This document shows, one piece after another, positions 18,485 to 26,298 of a stretch of 37,950 nt of DNA. The stretch lies in the IMG/VR virus record IMGVR_UViG_3300009181_000168, positions 1-37,950 of that record; one strand, given 5' to 3'. Made by a program: the position numbers and the translations under genes. The stretch is from a virus. Its lineage: Duplodnaviria; Caudoviricetes. Within the stretch, counting starts at the first letter, position 1, and each line of letters begins with the position of its first letter. The notes below the pieces were generated by a model that was not told the DNA's origin, made no database searches, and saw nothing but the letters and a program-made list of their open reading frames with translations.

Positions 18485-18630
18485 AACCGAATCTTAAAAA
18501 AGTTGGCCTTGTAATGCGCGAATTCAAAAGCGGTGGTTTGCATTCAGGCAAAGGTAGCAAAGTCGTCACCAATCCTAAGCAGGCTCTCGCTATCGCACTC
18601 TCAGAAGCGAACATTAAACAGAAGAAGTAA
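18481..18630 (+). CDS. Small basic protein (DUF6496-like, 49 aa, not in ORF track)
   Basis: MKPNLKKVGLVMREFKSGGLHSGKGSKVVTNPKQALAIALSEANIKQKK*; KV..VM.EFK.G.L.SG...KQA.AIALSEA signature. Confidence 0.75.
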   Translation: MKPNLKKVGLVMREFKSGGLHSGKGSKVVTNPKQALAIALSEANIKQKK

Positions 18631-18663
18631 CCCCTGCTCACAACGTCATTTCGCCCCGGTGAC

Positions 18664-18691
18664 TTGACCGAAGGTGACCGTACAGTAAACT
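18664..18691 (+). promoter_or_regulatory. Putative sigma70/SigA promoter for the SLT lipoprotein gene
   Basis: TTGACC-16 nt-TAAACT in the intergenic gap. Confidence 0.5.
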
Positions 18692-18758
18692 TGGTGTTGC
18701 CAACACAAACGTGATGTTGAAGGCTACGAGCCTCTATCACCCTTAACAAAGGAAATTC

Positions 18759-19298
18759 ATGCGGCAAACAACCAAAGCAATACTCGCTATTTGCGTTATG
18801 TCCTCGTGCGGGACGACAATGAAAGTCTCGACCGAGACACTTCCACCACTCCAGCTCGCACCAGCCACAACACAACCAACACTCAATGCTCACGAAGCCT
18901 TACAGGCTGACCTAGCAGACCTAACAACCACAACAACGACAACTACCGAAGCACCGCTAGTGTCAGATCCCTTTGATTTCATTGACGAATCGCGCGCAAT
19001 GTACGGCGACTGCGGAGAATGGCATGACACGATCATCGCTGTTGGTGGTCGTGAAGAAGACTGGGCGACATGGTCAAGAGTGATTCATACCGAGAGCCGT
19101 TGCATTCCCGCACCAGGTTCAGCACAAGCCGACTGCATCGGTCTAACTCAAATCTTTTTTAAGGTGCATGAAGCCTGGCTAGCCGAGTTCGGTTTCGGTA
19201 GGGAAGACCTGCTAGACCCCGTAAAAAACCTGACGTTCGCTGTGGCTTTACAAAAGTCGTCGGGTTGGTCGCCGTGGGCGTATCTAAATAAGCCTTGA
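18759..19298 (+). CDS. Lipoprotein with lytic transglycosylase (SLT/lysozyme-like) domain
   Basis: Signal peptide with VMSSC lipobox-like site, poly-Thr linker, catalytic ES (HTESRC), GLTQI, LLDPVKN, GWSPW. Confidence 0.8.
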   Translation: MRQTTKAILAICVMSSCGTTMKVSTETLPPLQLAPATTQPTLNAHEALQADLADLTTTTTTTTEAPLVSDPFDFIDESRAMYGDCGEWHDTIIAVGGREEDWATWSRVIHTESRCIPAPGSAQADCIGLTQIFFKVHEAWLAEFGFGREDLLDPVKNLTFAVALQKSSGWSPWAYLNKP

Positions 19299-19323
19299 CT
19301 TCCATACACCCATAGTCAATAAT
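19295..19323 (+). promoter_or_regulatory. Putative promoter for the recombination/regulation operon
   Basis: TTGACT-17 nt-AATAAT upstream of the AAAGGGGAA RBS of 19380. Confidence 0.45.
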
Positions 19324-19379
19324 GAAACTGTGCAACACCCCCGCCATAAGGTTGGGGTATCCAAAACAAAGGGGAAACC

Positions 19380-19895
19380 ATGACAGATATAGTTCCAGTA
19401 CCGTTATCCAACTCGCTTGAACAACAAGGCCAAGACGGACTCCGCAATGCAATTATGCGTTCAGACTCCAGTCGAGCAGAACTTGCCAAAGCCGGGGAAT
19501 ATCCGCAGTTGCTCAAAGGCTTGCTGTACCTCAAAGACATCAAAGCAGACCTTGACACACTGATCCGTGCCACCGAAGATGACATCACCCGATTGATGCC
19601 TGAGAAGAAGATGTTCATTGACGATGTCGGTACAGTCGAGCGTCGCACAACTTCCACCCGCAAATGGGAATCGGAAGATCTGCTGAAGCACATCACCCGA
19701 TCAACGCTTGACCCTGAAGGTACAGGCGAAGTCAGCATTAACAATGTTGTCTTGTTGATTGACACACTTAAAGCCGTACTCCCATTCACAGCATCGCTGG
19801 GATGGCGAGTGACAGCCTTAAAAGAACTGGGCATTGATGTCACAGAATATTCAGAAGCAACCTACGGTCGCAACACCGTACAGATCACAAAGTAG
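19380..19895 (+). CDS. Hypothetical protein upstream of RecT-like gene
   Basis: Strong AAAGGGGAAACC RBS; 171 aa, helical N-half. Confidence 0.8.
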   Translation: MTDIVPVPLSNSLEQQGQDGLRNAIMRSDSSRAELAKAGEYPQLLKGLLYLKDIKADLDTLIRATEDDITRLMPEKKMFIDDVGTVERRTTSTRKWESEDLLKHITRSTLDPEGTGEVSINNVVLLIDTLKAVLPFTASLGWRVTALKELGIDVTEYSEATYGRNTVQITK

Positions 19896-19900
19896 GAATC

Positions 19901-20830
19901 ATGTCCAATATTGAAGTAGCACGTCAACTGTCCCCGGCTGAAGTCAACTGGAAAACAGCACAAAAGATTGCGAACACACCGTTCGTACCTAGTGCATTCC
20001 GTGGCAAGCCCGAAGCAGTATTCGCTGCAATCCTGTACGGCGACGAACTGGGTCTAGGGCCGATGCAATCGCTCAACTCAATTCATGTCATTGAAGGTAA
20101 GCCGAGCATGGCTCCCGAACTGATGCGTGCGCTTGTCGCTCGTGCTGGTCACCGCCTAGATGTCAAGCTCGCAAGCAATGACAAAGTTGTCCTATGGGGC
20201 AAGCGTGCCGACAACGACTCAGAAGCCACAGTCGAATGGTCAATGAAAGATGCACAGCAGGCTGGACTCGCTGGTCGTGGGGCATGGAAGACATACCCTC
20301 GTGCCATGCTGTTGGCTCGTGCCACATCGGAACTGTGTCGCATGATCTTCGCAGACGTTGTCGCAGGCTTGTCATACACGCCCGAAGAAGCATCGTCTAT
20401 CGCTGGCGTGGAATGGACTGACACACCCGTTGATCCGTTGCAGACCGCCATCGCACCCGTACTGACGGCAGCACCGCCCACGACAGCACCAAACGCTGAA
20501 CCACAGCAGGTTATCGTAGAAGCCGACTGGATTGAAGACCCGCCGTACGAACCGACTATTGACTGGACAGAAGAGTTCCCCGGCGCAGAGATCCAAGATG
20601 CTGTGATTGTTCAACAGAAGCCTGTAGCCAAATCAACGGTAGCGACCACACCACAAATCGGTATGGTTCGTGCGCTGATCCGTGAATGGGGATTAAATGC
20701 AGACGACGCATTATCACTTGCCTCGATGCAATTAGGTCACGAGATCACATCGTTGGGAACGATCACCAAGGCTGAAGCATCAGCGTTCATCACCTACCTC
20801 AAAGACAACCATCCAGGCGGTGTCGTATGA
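19901..20830 (+). CDS. recT: RecT/Redbeta-family single-strand annealing protein
   Basis: VPSAFRGKP...GDELGLGPMQSL..IHVIEGKP...AWKTYPRAML.ARA...F.DV..G.Y..EE core; acidic/Pro-rich linker and C-terminal helical domain. Confidence 0.8.
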   Translation: MSNIEVARQLSPAEVNWKTAQKIANTPFVPSAFRGKPEAVFAAILYGDELGLGPMQSLNSIHVIEGKPSMAPELMRALVARAGHRLDVKLASNDKVVLWGKRADNDSEATVEWSMKDAQQAGLAGRGAWKTYPRAMLLARATSELCRMIFADVVAGLSYTPEEASSIAGVEWTDTPVDPLQTAIAPVLTAAPPTTAPNAEPQQVIVEADWIEDPPYEPTIDWTEEFPGAEIQDAVIVQQKPVAKSTVATTPQIGMVRALIREWGLNADDALSLASMQLGHEITSLGTITKAEASAFITYLKDNHPGGVV

Positions 20831-21066
20831 ACCCGATCAAACTAATCATCATGAGGCGACACGCGAAACAAGGCCACCTCAACTTAATGGCTCAACACCT
20901 CATTGTTTGCGCCGATCAGATAAACGAACTACGCCGAGAAAATTGTGCGCTGCGGATCCGTGGCGAACGACTAGCGCAAGCCATTGAAAACAACGACTGG
21001 TCAATTGACTATGCGATGATCTTGAGCGACAGCGTGTCAGCATGGCGGGAGTTTGACGAGTCATGA
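20827..21066 (+). CDS. Hypothetical protein
   Basis: ATGA-coupled at both ends; coiled-coil-like. Confidence 0.65.
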   Translation: MNPIKLIIMRRHAKQGHLNLMAQHLIVCADQINELRRENCALRIRGERLAQAIENNDWSIDYAMILSDSVSAWREFDES

Positions 21067-21743
21067 CAGGAGAAGCAGTCACATTTAACTTTATCCCAGT
21101 TCAAGACTGGGTCGGTAAAGCTCGCTGCCGTGGCATGGATCCAAACATATTCATGCCTGAACCAGGCGATTCGACCGCCGAGATCAAAGAGATCTGTAAC
21201 GGTAAAATGGTCAAGCGTTTCAACCGTGACAAACAACGGTATGAGATGGTCGGTGACCCGCCTTGCCCAGTCCGTGGACAATGCTTACAGTATGCGATGG
21301 AACTCCCCGGCAAGGTTGTCGGCATCTTTGGTGGCACATCCGAGAAAGAACGTCGTGCGCTGCGCTCAGAGTTTCGTATGGACGGTGCAGCAAAGCGCAT
21401 TCCGCATGGAACCCTGAATGGTTATAAAGCTGAATGGCGATTTGGGCTAGAGCATTGCGATGCCTGTACCGCGGCCAATGTTGAAACAACTCGACGCAAC
21501 AAAGCCCAACAGAAATCCAAAGTAAAACATGGAACATATGCTGGATTTCGTTCGGAGAAGCGACTAGGGTTGCCGATATGCGACAAATGTCAGCAAGCGT
21601 ACGAGATAGAAAAAGCCGACTACCTAGCCAAGACGACAGCGTTAGAGACGGACTCACCGTTACGCCAGGTTCTCAACTTACTGCACTCAGTCACGACAGC
21701 CGACTGGCCGATAGCAAAGGACATAGCTGATGAACAAAGCTGA
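21063..21743 (+). CDS. whiB: WhiB-family Fe-S transcription regulator with C-terminal HGT/CxxC repeats
   Basis: W...ARC.G.DP.IF.P...KEIC...CPVR.QCL.YA...GIFGG.SE.ERR. Confidence 0.85.
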   Translation: MTGEAVTFNFIPVQDWVGKARCRGMDPNIFMPEPGDSTAEIKEICNGKMVKRFNRDKQRYEMVGDPPCPVRGQCLQYAMELPGKVVGIFGGTSEKERRALRSEFRMDGAAKRIPHGTLNGYKAEWRFGLEHCDACTAANVETTRRNKAQQKSKVKHGTYAGFRSEKRLGLPICDKCQQAYEIEKADYLAKTTALETDSPLRQVLNLLHSVTTADWPIAKDIADEQS

Positions 21744-21891
21744 CATCTGCCCCGACTGCGATAAAAAAAAGTTGCTGGTTCATGTTGCCCTCAACCTTTC
21801 AGGTGGCGGGACAATGTGGTTATGCCGGGATTGCTGGGCGAAACGCGAAGCACCGTTCGTTCGTGGCAACTACAAAAGTCAATGGGATTGA
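21730..21891 (+). CDS. Small Zn-ribbon protein (53 aa, not in ORF track)
   Basis: MNKADICPDCDKKK...WLCRDCWAKRE...*; two CxxC. Confidence 0.6.
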   Translation: MNKADICPDCDKKKLLVHVALNLSGGGTMWLCRDCWAKREAPFVRGNYKSQWD

Positions 21892-21892
21892 C

Positions 21893-22069
21893 ATGGGATC
21901 GTCTTACTTTGAGCCACCAGTCGAAGGCGATTGCGATACCTGCGGTCGGTTCATCGAAGCCTGGGCGATCCCACATTCATTCAACAAACAGACGGGCTAC
22001 CTACGGTGCGCTCGCTGCCAAGATCTAGAAAACAAATACCAACAAACAAAGGGGAAATACAATGATTAA
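21893..22069 (+). CDS. Small Zn-ribbon protein
   Basis: MGSSYFEPPVEGDCDTC...RCARC; start reassigned to 21893, just after the upstream stop. Confidence 0.6.
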   Translation: MGSSYFEPPVEGDCDTCGRFIEAWAIPHSFNKQTGYLRCARCQDLENKYQQTKGKYND

Positions 22070-22283
22070 GACATGGCATCCAATAAGCATCCCAACCAGG
22101 ATCGTGCTTGAAATAAAAAAAGACGATGGCACATTTGAATACCGTCGCCGTTCAGTTATTGCGTTCAGCATTGATGATGCAGGGGCAATTACATACATGA
22201 CCTGTAGCGGTGTCGATTACTCAAGTAACCCGCGCCAATTTGGATTTGCCGAGCAGTTGCAGAATGGTGAGTGGCAGTCATGA
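22062..22283 (+). CDS. Hypothetical protein
   Basis: AAAGGGGAA RBS; coupled to next gene. Confidence 0.7.
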   Translation: MIKTWHPISIPTRIVLEIKKDDGTFEYRRRSVIAFSIDDAGAITYMTCSGVDYSSNPRQFGFAEQLQNGEWQS

Positions 22284-22612
22284 TTATCAACTTCGCACCT
22301 GCTGTCCGTGCAGACGACCCCGTCACCTGTATTGAACCCAAGTCCCGTGCCAACGGCGCATCCCGCCTATTGGACATCTACGCACTACACGACGTGACTG
22401 ACGAAGAAGCCGTACGACTGCTCCTAGGCCGACCCGCAACATTGGCCGATGAAGGTGTCCGTCGTCGAGCATCAGACCTACGAGCTTTGGGCTGGATCGT
22501 TCCGACCGGGGAAACCCGTGCCAATGACCGTGGACGGCAACGCATCATCTGTGCAATCACCGACAAAGGCAGAGATGCCCACATGAAACTATTCGTAAAC
22601 GATGAAGGTTGA
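22280..22612 (+). CDS. Winged-helix DNA-binding-like protein
   Basis: VRADDPVT...TDEE...VRRRASDLRALGWIVPTGETR...GRQRI...ITDKG pattern. Confidence 0.6.
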   Translation: MIINFAPAVRADDPVTCIEPKSRANGASRLLDIYALHDVTDEEAVRLLLGRPATLADEGVRRRASDLRALGWIVPTGETRANDRGRQRIICAITDKGRDAHMKLFVNDEG

Positions 22613-22613
22613 C

Positions 22614-23168
22614 ATGAAGTTTGCATACGCAGACCCGCCTTACCATCAATTAGGCAAAAAACTTTATGGGGTACACCATCCCGAAGCAAACATTTGGGAC
22701 GACAAACAAACCCACATTGACCTTATCGGTCGCCTTACAACTGAATATCCTGACGGTTGGGCATTATCTTGTAACCCAAGAGACTTGACATGGATTCTCC
22801 CGCATTGCCCCGAAGACATTAGGGTCGTTAGTTGGTGCAAGACATGGCATCAGATTCGACCAACGTCAACGCAATTTTCTTGGGAAGCAGTTTTATGGCG
22901 CACCATTAAAAAAGACCCTAAACGACCAATGATAAGAGATTGGATTACAGGTGCAGCAACAAAACAAAAAGGCTTACCTGGCGCAAAACCTCATTACTTC
23001 AATCGTTGGATATTGGATTTACTTGTCTACGATCACAACCAAGACAGCATTGATGACATATTTCCAGGCACAAATGGCATGGCCGCCGCAACTAGCGAAC
23101 CAAAGTTGGACATACAAATAGACCAAGATTTACAACAACAATTTCAATTAGCACAAGGAGACAACTAA
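22614..23168 (+). CDS. Small amino (N6-A/N4-C) DNA methyltransferase, beta-type motif order
   Basis: N-terminal YADPPY catalytic motif, GAKP, C-terminal DDIFPGTNG SAM-binding motif. Confidence 0.75.
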   Translation: MKFAYADPPYHQLGKKLYGVHHPEANIWDDKQTHIDLIGRLTTEYPDGWALSCNPRDLTWILPHCPEDIRVVSWCKTWHQIRPTSTQFSWEAVLWRTIKKDPKRPMIRDWITGAATKQKGLPGAKPHYFNRWILDLLVYDHNQDSIDDIFPGTNGMAAATSEPKLDIQIDQDLQQQFQLAQGDN

Positions 23169-23449
23169 TGGAAAATCCACACGCCGAACCAAACAAAGAA
23201 CCACAACCACAAATTCATGATCGTCCCAAGATCAAGATCAATCCCCGCCGACCCGACTTCGGTATGGGCGACCGCGTGGTGCGCGAATCCCAACACGACA
23301 TGGTTGAATACTTGACCGAGGTAACCCGTGACATGAAGCGAATCATGGACGAACACACCATCGAACTCAAGAAGCTTGTTGCCATCCTGACATCCATGCG
23401 CGATGCACAACAGCAAGACCGATGGAACCAACAAAGGTACGGACGATGA
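23168..23449 (+). CDS. Hypothetical protein
   Basis: AAGGAG RBS, TAATG coupling, C-terminal coiled coil. Confidence 0.65.
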   Translation: MENPHAEPNKEPQPQIHDRPKIKINPRRPDFGMGDRVVRESQHDMVEYLTEVTRDMKRIMDEHTIELKKLVAILTSMRDAQQQDRWNQQRYGR

Positions 23450-24696
23450 AATTGCAATATGGCAGCCTTTTCGCCGGGGTTGGTGGCTTTGACATGGGCA
23501 TGGAGCAAGCAGGCTACGAGCCTGTCTTCCAGGTTGAATGGGATAAGAACTGCCAAAAGATCCTGCACCACCATTGGCCGACCGTCCCCAAATGGGGCGA
23601 TGTATGCGATGTCAACGGCGCAGACCTACCACCATGTGACGTGCTGATCTTCGGATCACCATGCCAAGACCTATCAGTAGCAGGCAAACGAGCTGGGCTC
23701 CAAGACGGCGACAGATCATCAATGTTCTTTGAAGCAGTACGAATCATCAAGGAGATGAGAGATGCAACTAACTCTATTTACCCAAGAGCAACCATATGGG
23801 AAAACGTCCCCGGAGCTTTGTCAAGCAACAAAGGAGCCGACTTCGGTGTCGTCCTCTCAAGTTTGGCTGACATCGGGGCGATTACACAAGAGTACGCCGT
23901 CCTGGACGCGCAACACTTCGGAGTGCCACAGCGTCGACGAAGAATATTTCTCGTCTCTATCTTTGATCCTGCAACCGCCGCAAGATGTCCCGAAACGTTA
24001 CTACCTGTCATCGAAGGCAGCCGAGGGGATTTTAAGAAGAGCAGAACGGCGAGGGAAAACATTGCCGGATATGCTACGTCAAGCATTGATACAAGTTATG
24101 GAAAGATAATTCCTCCATTTGTTAAATCTCGTCGAGCGCAAAGTACCACCGACGATGAAACATGGATTGAAGGTGAAGTGACACCTACACTTAACGCCTT
24201 CGATAACGGAGGTGAAAGCAGGGCTACGGTTTTAATGCCCGTCGCATACTCGATCCGTGAAGACGCTAAAGCGAACAATTTTAGTGTGACAGAAACAGAT
24301 GTAGCACTATGTCTCAATGGTCTAGTGCCATCAACACAGTCACATCATGCCCAAATATTTATTGCTGAACCACAACCAATAATTTTTGAGAACTCCTACC
24401 GTGATGACCCAAGAGTAGGAAAAGATATTTGCCATACCTTGCCCGCAAAAATGGGATTAGGTGGTGGGAATACACCAATGATTGCCGAATCATACAAACA
24501 ACGTTTAGATGTCCGGCGGCTCACACCCCTTGAATGTGAACGGTTAATGGGCTGGCCTGACGATCATACCCGTTGGACAGCAGACGGTAAAGAACAAGCA
24601 GACACAAACCGCTATAAACAGTGCGGTAATGGTGTAGCGTCACCCGTAGCACGCTGGGTAGGCGAACAATTACGACCCGTACTGGAGATAAAATGA
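23446..24696 (+). CDS. dcm: DNA (cytosine-5) methyltransferase
   Basis: Motifs I SLFAGVGG, IV GSPCQDLS, VI ENVPG, VIII PQRRRRIF, IX RRLTPLECERLMGWP, X YKQCGNGV. Confidence 0.95.
   Translation: MKLQYGSLFAGVGGFDMGMEQAGYEPVFQVEWDKNCQKILHHHWPTVPKWGDVCDVNGADLPPCDVLIFGSPCQDLSVAGKRAGLQDGDRSSMFFEAVRIIKEMRDATNSIYPRATIWENVPGALSSNKGADFGVVLSSLADIGAITQEYAVLDAQHFGVPQRRRRIFLVSIFDPATAARCPETLLPVIEGSRGDFKKSRTARENIAGYATSSIDTSYGKIIPPFVKSRRAQSTTDDETWIEGEVTPTLNAFDNGGESRATVLMPVAYSIREDAKANNFSVTETDVALCLNGLVPSTQSHHAQIFIAEPQPIIFENSYRDDPRVGKDICHTLPAKMGLGGGNTPMIAESYKQRLDVRRLTPLECERLMGWPDDHTRWTADGKEQADTNRYKQCGNGVASPVARWVGEQLRPVLEIK
23762..24109 (+). CDS. Alternative-frame ORF nested in the C5-MTase gene (M.EcoHK31I beta-like accessory polypeptide)
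   Basis: AAGGAG upstream of ATG; ends in SLSLILQ...VPKRYYLSSKAAEGILRRAERRGKTLPDMLRQAL, a protein-like motif recalled from nested ORFs of C5-MTase genes. Confidence 0.65.
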   Translation: MQLTLFTQEQPYGKTSPELCQATKEPTSVSSSQVWLTSGRLHKSTPSWTRNTSECHSVDEEYFSSLSLILQPPQDVPKRYYLSSKAAEGILRRAERRGKTLPDMLRQALIQVMER

Positions 24697-24821
24697 ACCA
24701 ACTATCGCCCGAGGAGCAACGATTCGTGGACAAAACAGTTGAAGTCATCTATTACGCAGGGCTTACGGCGACGTGTGTTGCGATCCTGTGGTGGATCATC
24801 GGCAAAATCACAAAGTTGTGA
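24693..24821 (+). CDS. Small single-TM protein (42 aa, not in ORF track)
   Basis: GGAG RBS, ATGA overlap; MNQLSPEEQRFVDKTVEVIYYAGLTATCVAILWWIIGKITKL*. Confidence 0.6.
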   Translation: MNQLSPEEQRFVDKTVEVIYYAGLTATCVAILWWIIGKITKL

Positions 24822-24823
24822 GT

Positions 24824-25084
24824 ATGTTTGAACTCATACGAGAAAAAGCATTGTGCGCGCATTGCCGTAAACCAGTGACAAAAAACGATTTAGTCATGTG
24901 GGTTGATGATGTAGAACCCTTTGAGATTTATTTAGTTCATCGAACGGTGGTCAACAGTAAATGTGACCCAGCAATCACCAAATTCTTGAATGACCTATAC
25001 CCCGACCGCCAAGAATTAACTGAACACATTGACACCGTCTTAGAAATGTACGAAGACAGACTGAAAAAAAACGAACAGTCATAA
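24824..25084 (+). CDS. Hypothetical protein with CxxC...H...C
   Basis: MFELIREKALCAHC...; last gene of the rightward operon. Confidence 0.6.
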   Translation: MFELIREKALCAHCRKPVTKNDLVMWVDDVEPFEIYLVHRTVVNSKCDPAITKFLNDLYPDRQELTEHIDTVLEMYEDRLKKNEQS

Positions 25085-25103
25085 CACCAGCGTGTCGGTA
25101 CAA

Positions 25104-26003
25104 TTACGAAATAACCGAGTCAGGTGCAGAACCCGACCCGAACCGATCCCCATCAGGCTCGACCTTGATCTGAGCTATGACATCAGCCTGGCTAACCAGC
25201 GACACAGGATTAAGTAGGCGCAAAGTCTGCCGAACATACCGATCATTCGTATGGCCAAGCCACTTGGCGATCACCGGGATAGGCACACCACGCTCAAATT
25301 GCCTACGGACAGCCCAACGCCGCATATCTTGCACCGTGAGCCGACGACCAACAGCACCCGAAGCGACATCATTGATCGTCTCAGTCGCGTGCTTAGAACC
25401 GAACGTCCCGCCGAGCGTAGTAGTCGCAGCGAAGACCGCTGTCAGACCAAGCGTCAACACTTCAAGCCGACCGTCCACCGGGATCTCGCGCCTGTTACCT
25501 CGACGAGAACGCACCGTGACCAGCGTCTTCCCTTCCCATGTGCGAACATCCGTCTTACGAATTCGGAGAGCTTCAGCACAGTCACAGCCACCCCAGGCGA
25601 CCATTGCAGCGAGCCATTCCCAACGAGGCCCACGCTGAGAGAACGCAACCATAACCTTGACCATCTCATCATCAGACGGCACAGTCGAACTGTCAAGCAC
25701 GATGACACGCTTCGGCATCTTGACCGAATGCAGACCGTGAACCTTAAGCACGCCAGCATCGACCAGTGCATCCATCCACTTAGCGACCCCACAAACACGC
25801 GACGCAACCGACGTAGACGTATACCGAGAAGCCATCCAATCCACAAACAGTTGAGCGTTCACCGCCGTGCAATCAAGAGGATGGATATCAACCAAAGCGC
25901 ACCACTTCTGCCAGGTGACAATGTCCTTCTTATACCGTTTACGAGTATGAATCGAGGAATAACCCCCAAGGTGATGAGCTGTAACAGAGCGAACAGAAGC
26001 CAT
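25104..26003 (-). CDS. Tyrosine recombinase/integrase-fold protein with degenerate active site
   Basis: Core-binding N-domain (Y..DI..W..WC, TSVASRV..V), box I-like GGCDCAEAL.I...DV, box II-like TVQDMRR and IAKWLGH; catalytic residues substituted. Confidence 0.75.
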   Translation of the reverse strand: MASVRSVTAHHLGGYSSIHTRKRYKKDIVTWQKWCALVDIHPLDCTAVNAQLFVDWMASRYTSTSVASRVCGVAKWMDALVDAGVLKVHGLHSVKMPKRVIVLDSSTVPSDDEMVKVMVAFSQRGPRWEWLAAMVAWGGCDCAEALRIRKTDVRTWEGKTLVTVRSRRGNRREIPVDGRLEVLTLGLTAVFAATTTLGGTFGSKHATETINDVASGAVGRRLTVQDMRRWAVRRQFERGVPIPVIAKWLGHTNDRYVRQTLRLLNPVSLVSQADVIAQIKVEPDGDRFGSGSAPDSVIS

Positions 26004-26244
26004 AAACAATGTTTACCACACATAATCGTAATTATCTGCACGCAAAGCACGCTGTCGGGCCATATCTGCGAAAATATTTTGCGATCATGCACGCTGTTAT
26101 CCCACACCCAGCGCATTTTGGGGTTTGCCGTTCGACCATAGTCGGCTGCCACGCTTGACCGGGCGACGTATTCGGCAACAAAACACCCCAAACGCCCGCA
26201 CCTACGACACCCCGCCGATATTGTCATGACGAAATAGACACAAC

Positions 26245-26272
26245 AAAAAACCCGCACCATATCGGCGCGGGT
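26245..26272 (-). terminator. Rho-independent terminator of the leftward early operon
   Basis: Minus strand ACCCGCGCC-GATAT-GGTGCGGGT followed by TTTTT. Confidence 0.75.
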
Positions 26273-26298
26273 CTTTCGTTCTCGGTATGTCGGCGCGC

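Noticed and set aside
21763-21771. A-AAA-AAG slippery site as a programmed -1 frameshift
   Set aside because: The -1 frame (ORF 21816-22028) does not look protein-like, the zero frame completes a sensible two-CxxC protein, and no clear stimulatory structure is seen
21782-21892. N-terminal extension of ORF 21782-22069
   Set aside because: Overlaps the better-supported 21730-21891 Zn-ribbon gene; ATG 21893 is the more plausible start
22614-24696. Restriction-modification system
   Set aside because: No endonuclease-like ORF nearby; orphan methyltransferases are common in phages
25177-26141. Long plus-strand ORFs (153 aa and 296 aa) opposite the integrase-like gene
   Set aside because: Antisense shadows; Arg/Thr/His/Pro-rich composition follows from the C/A strand bias, which depletes stop codons; no motifs
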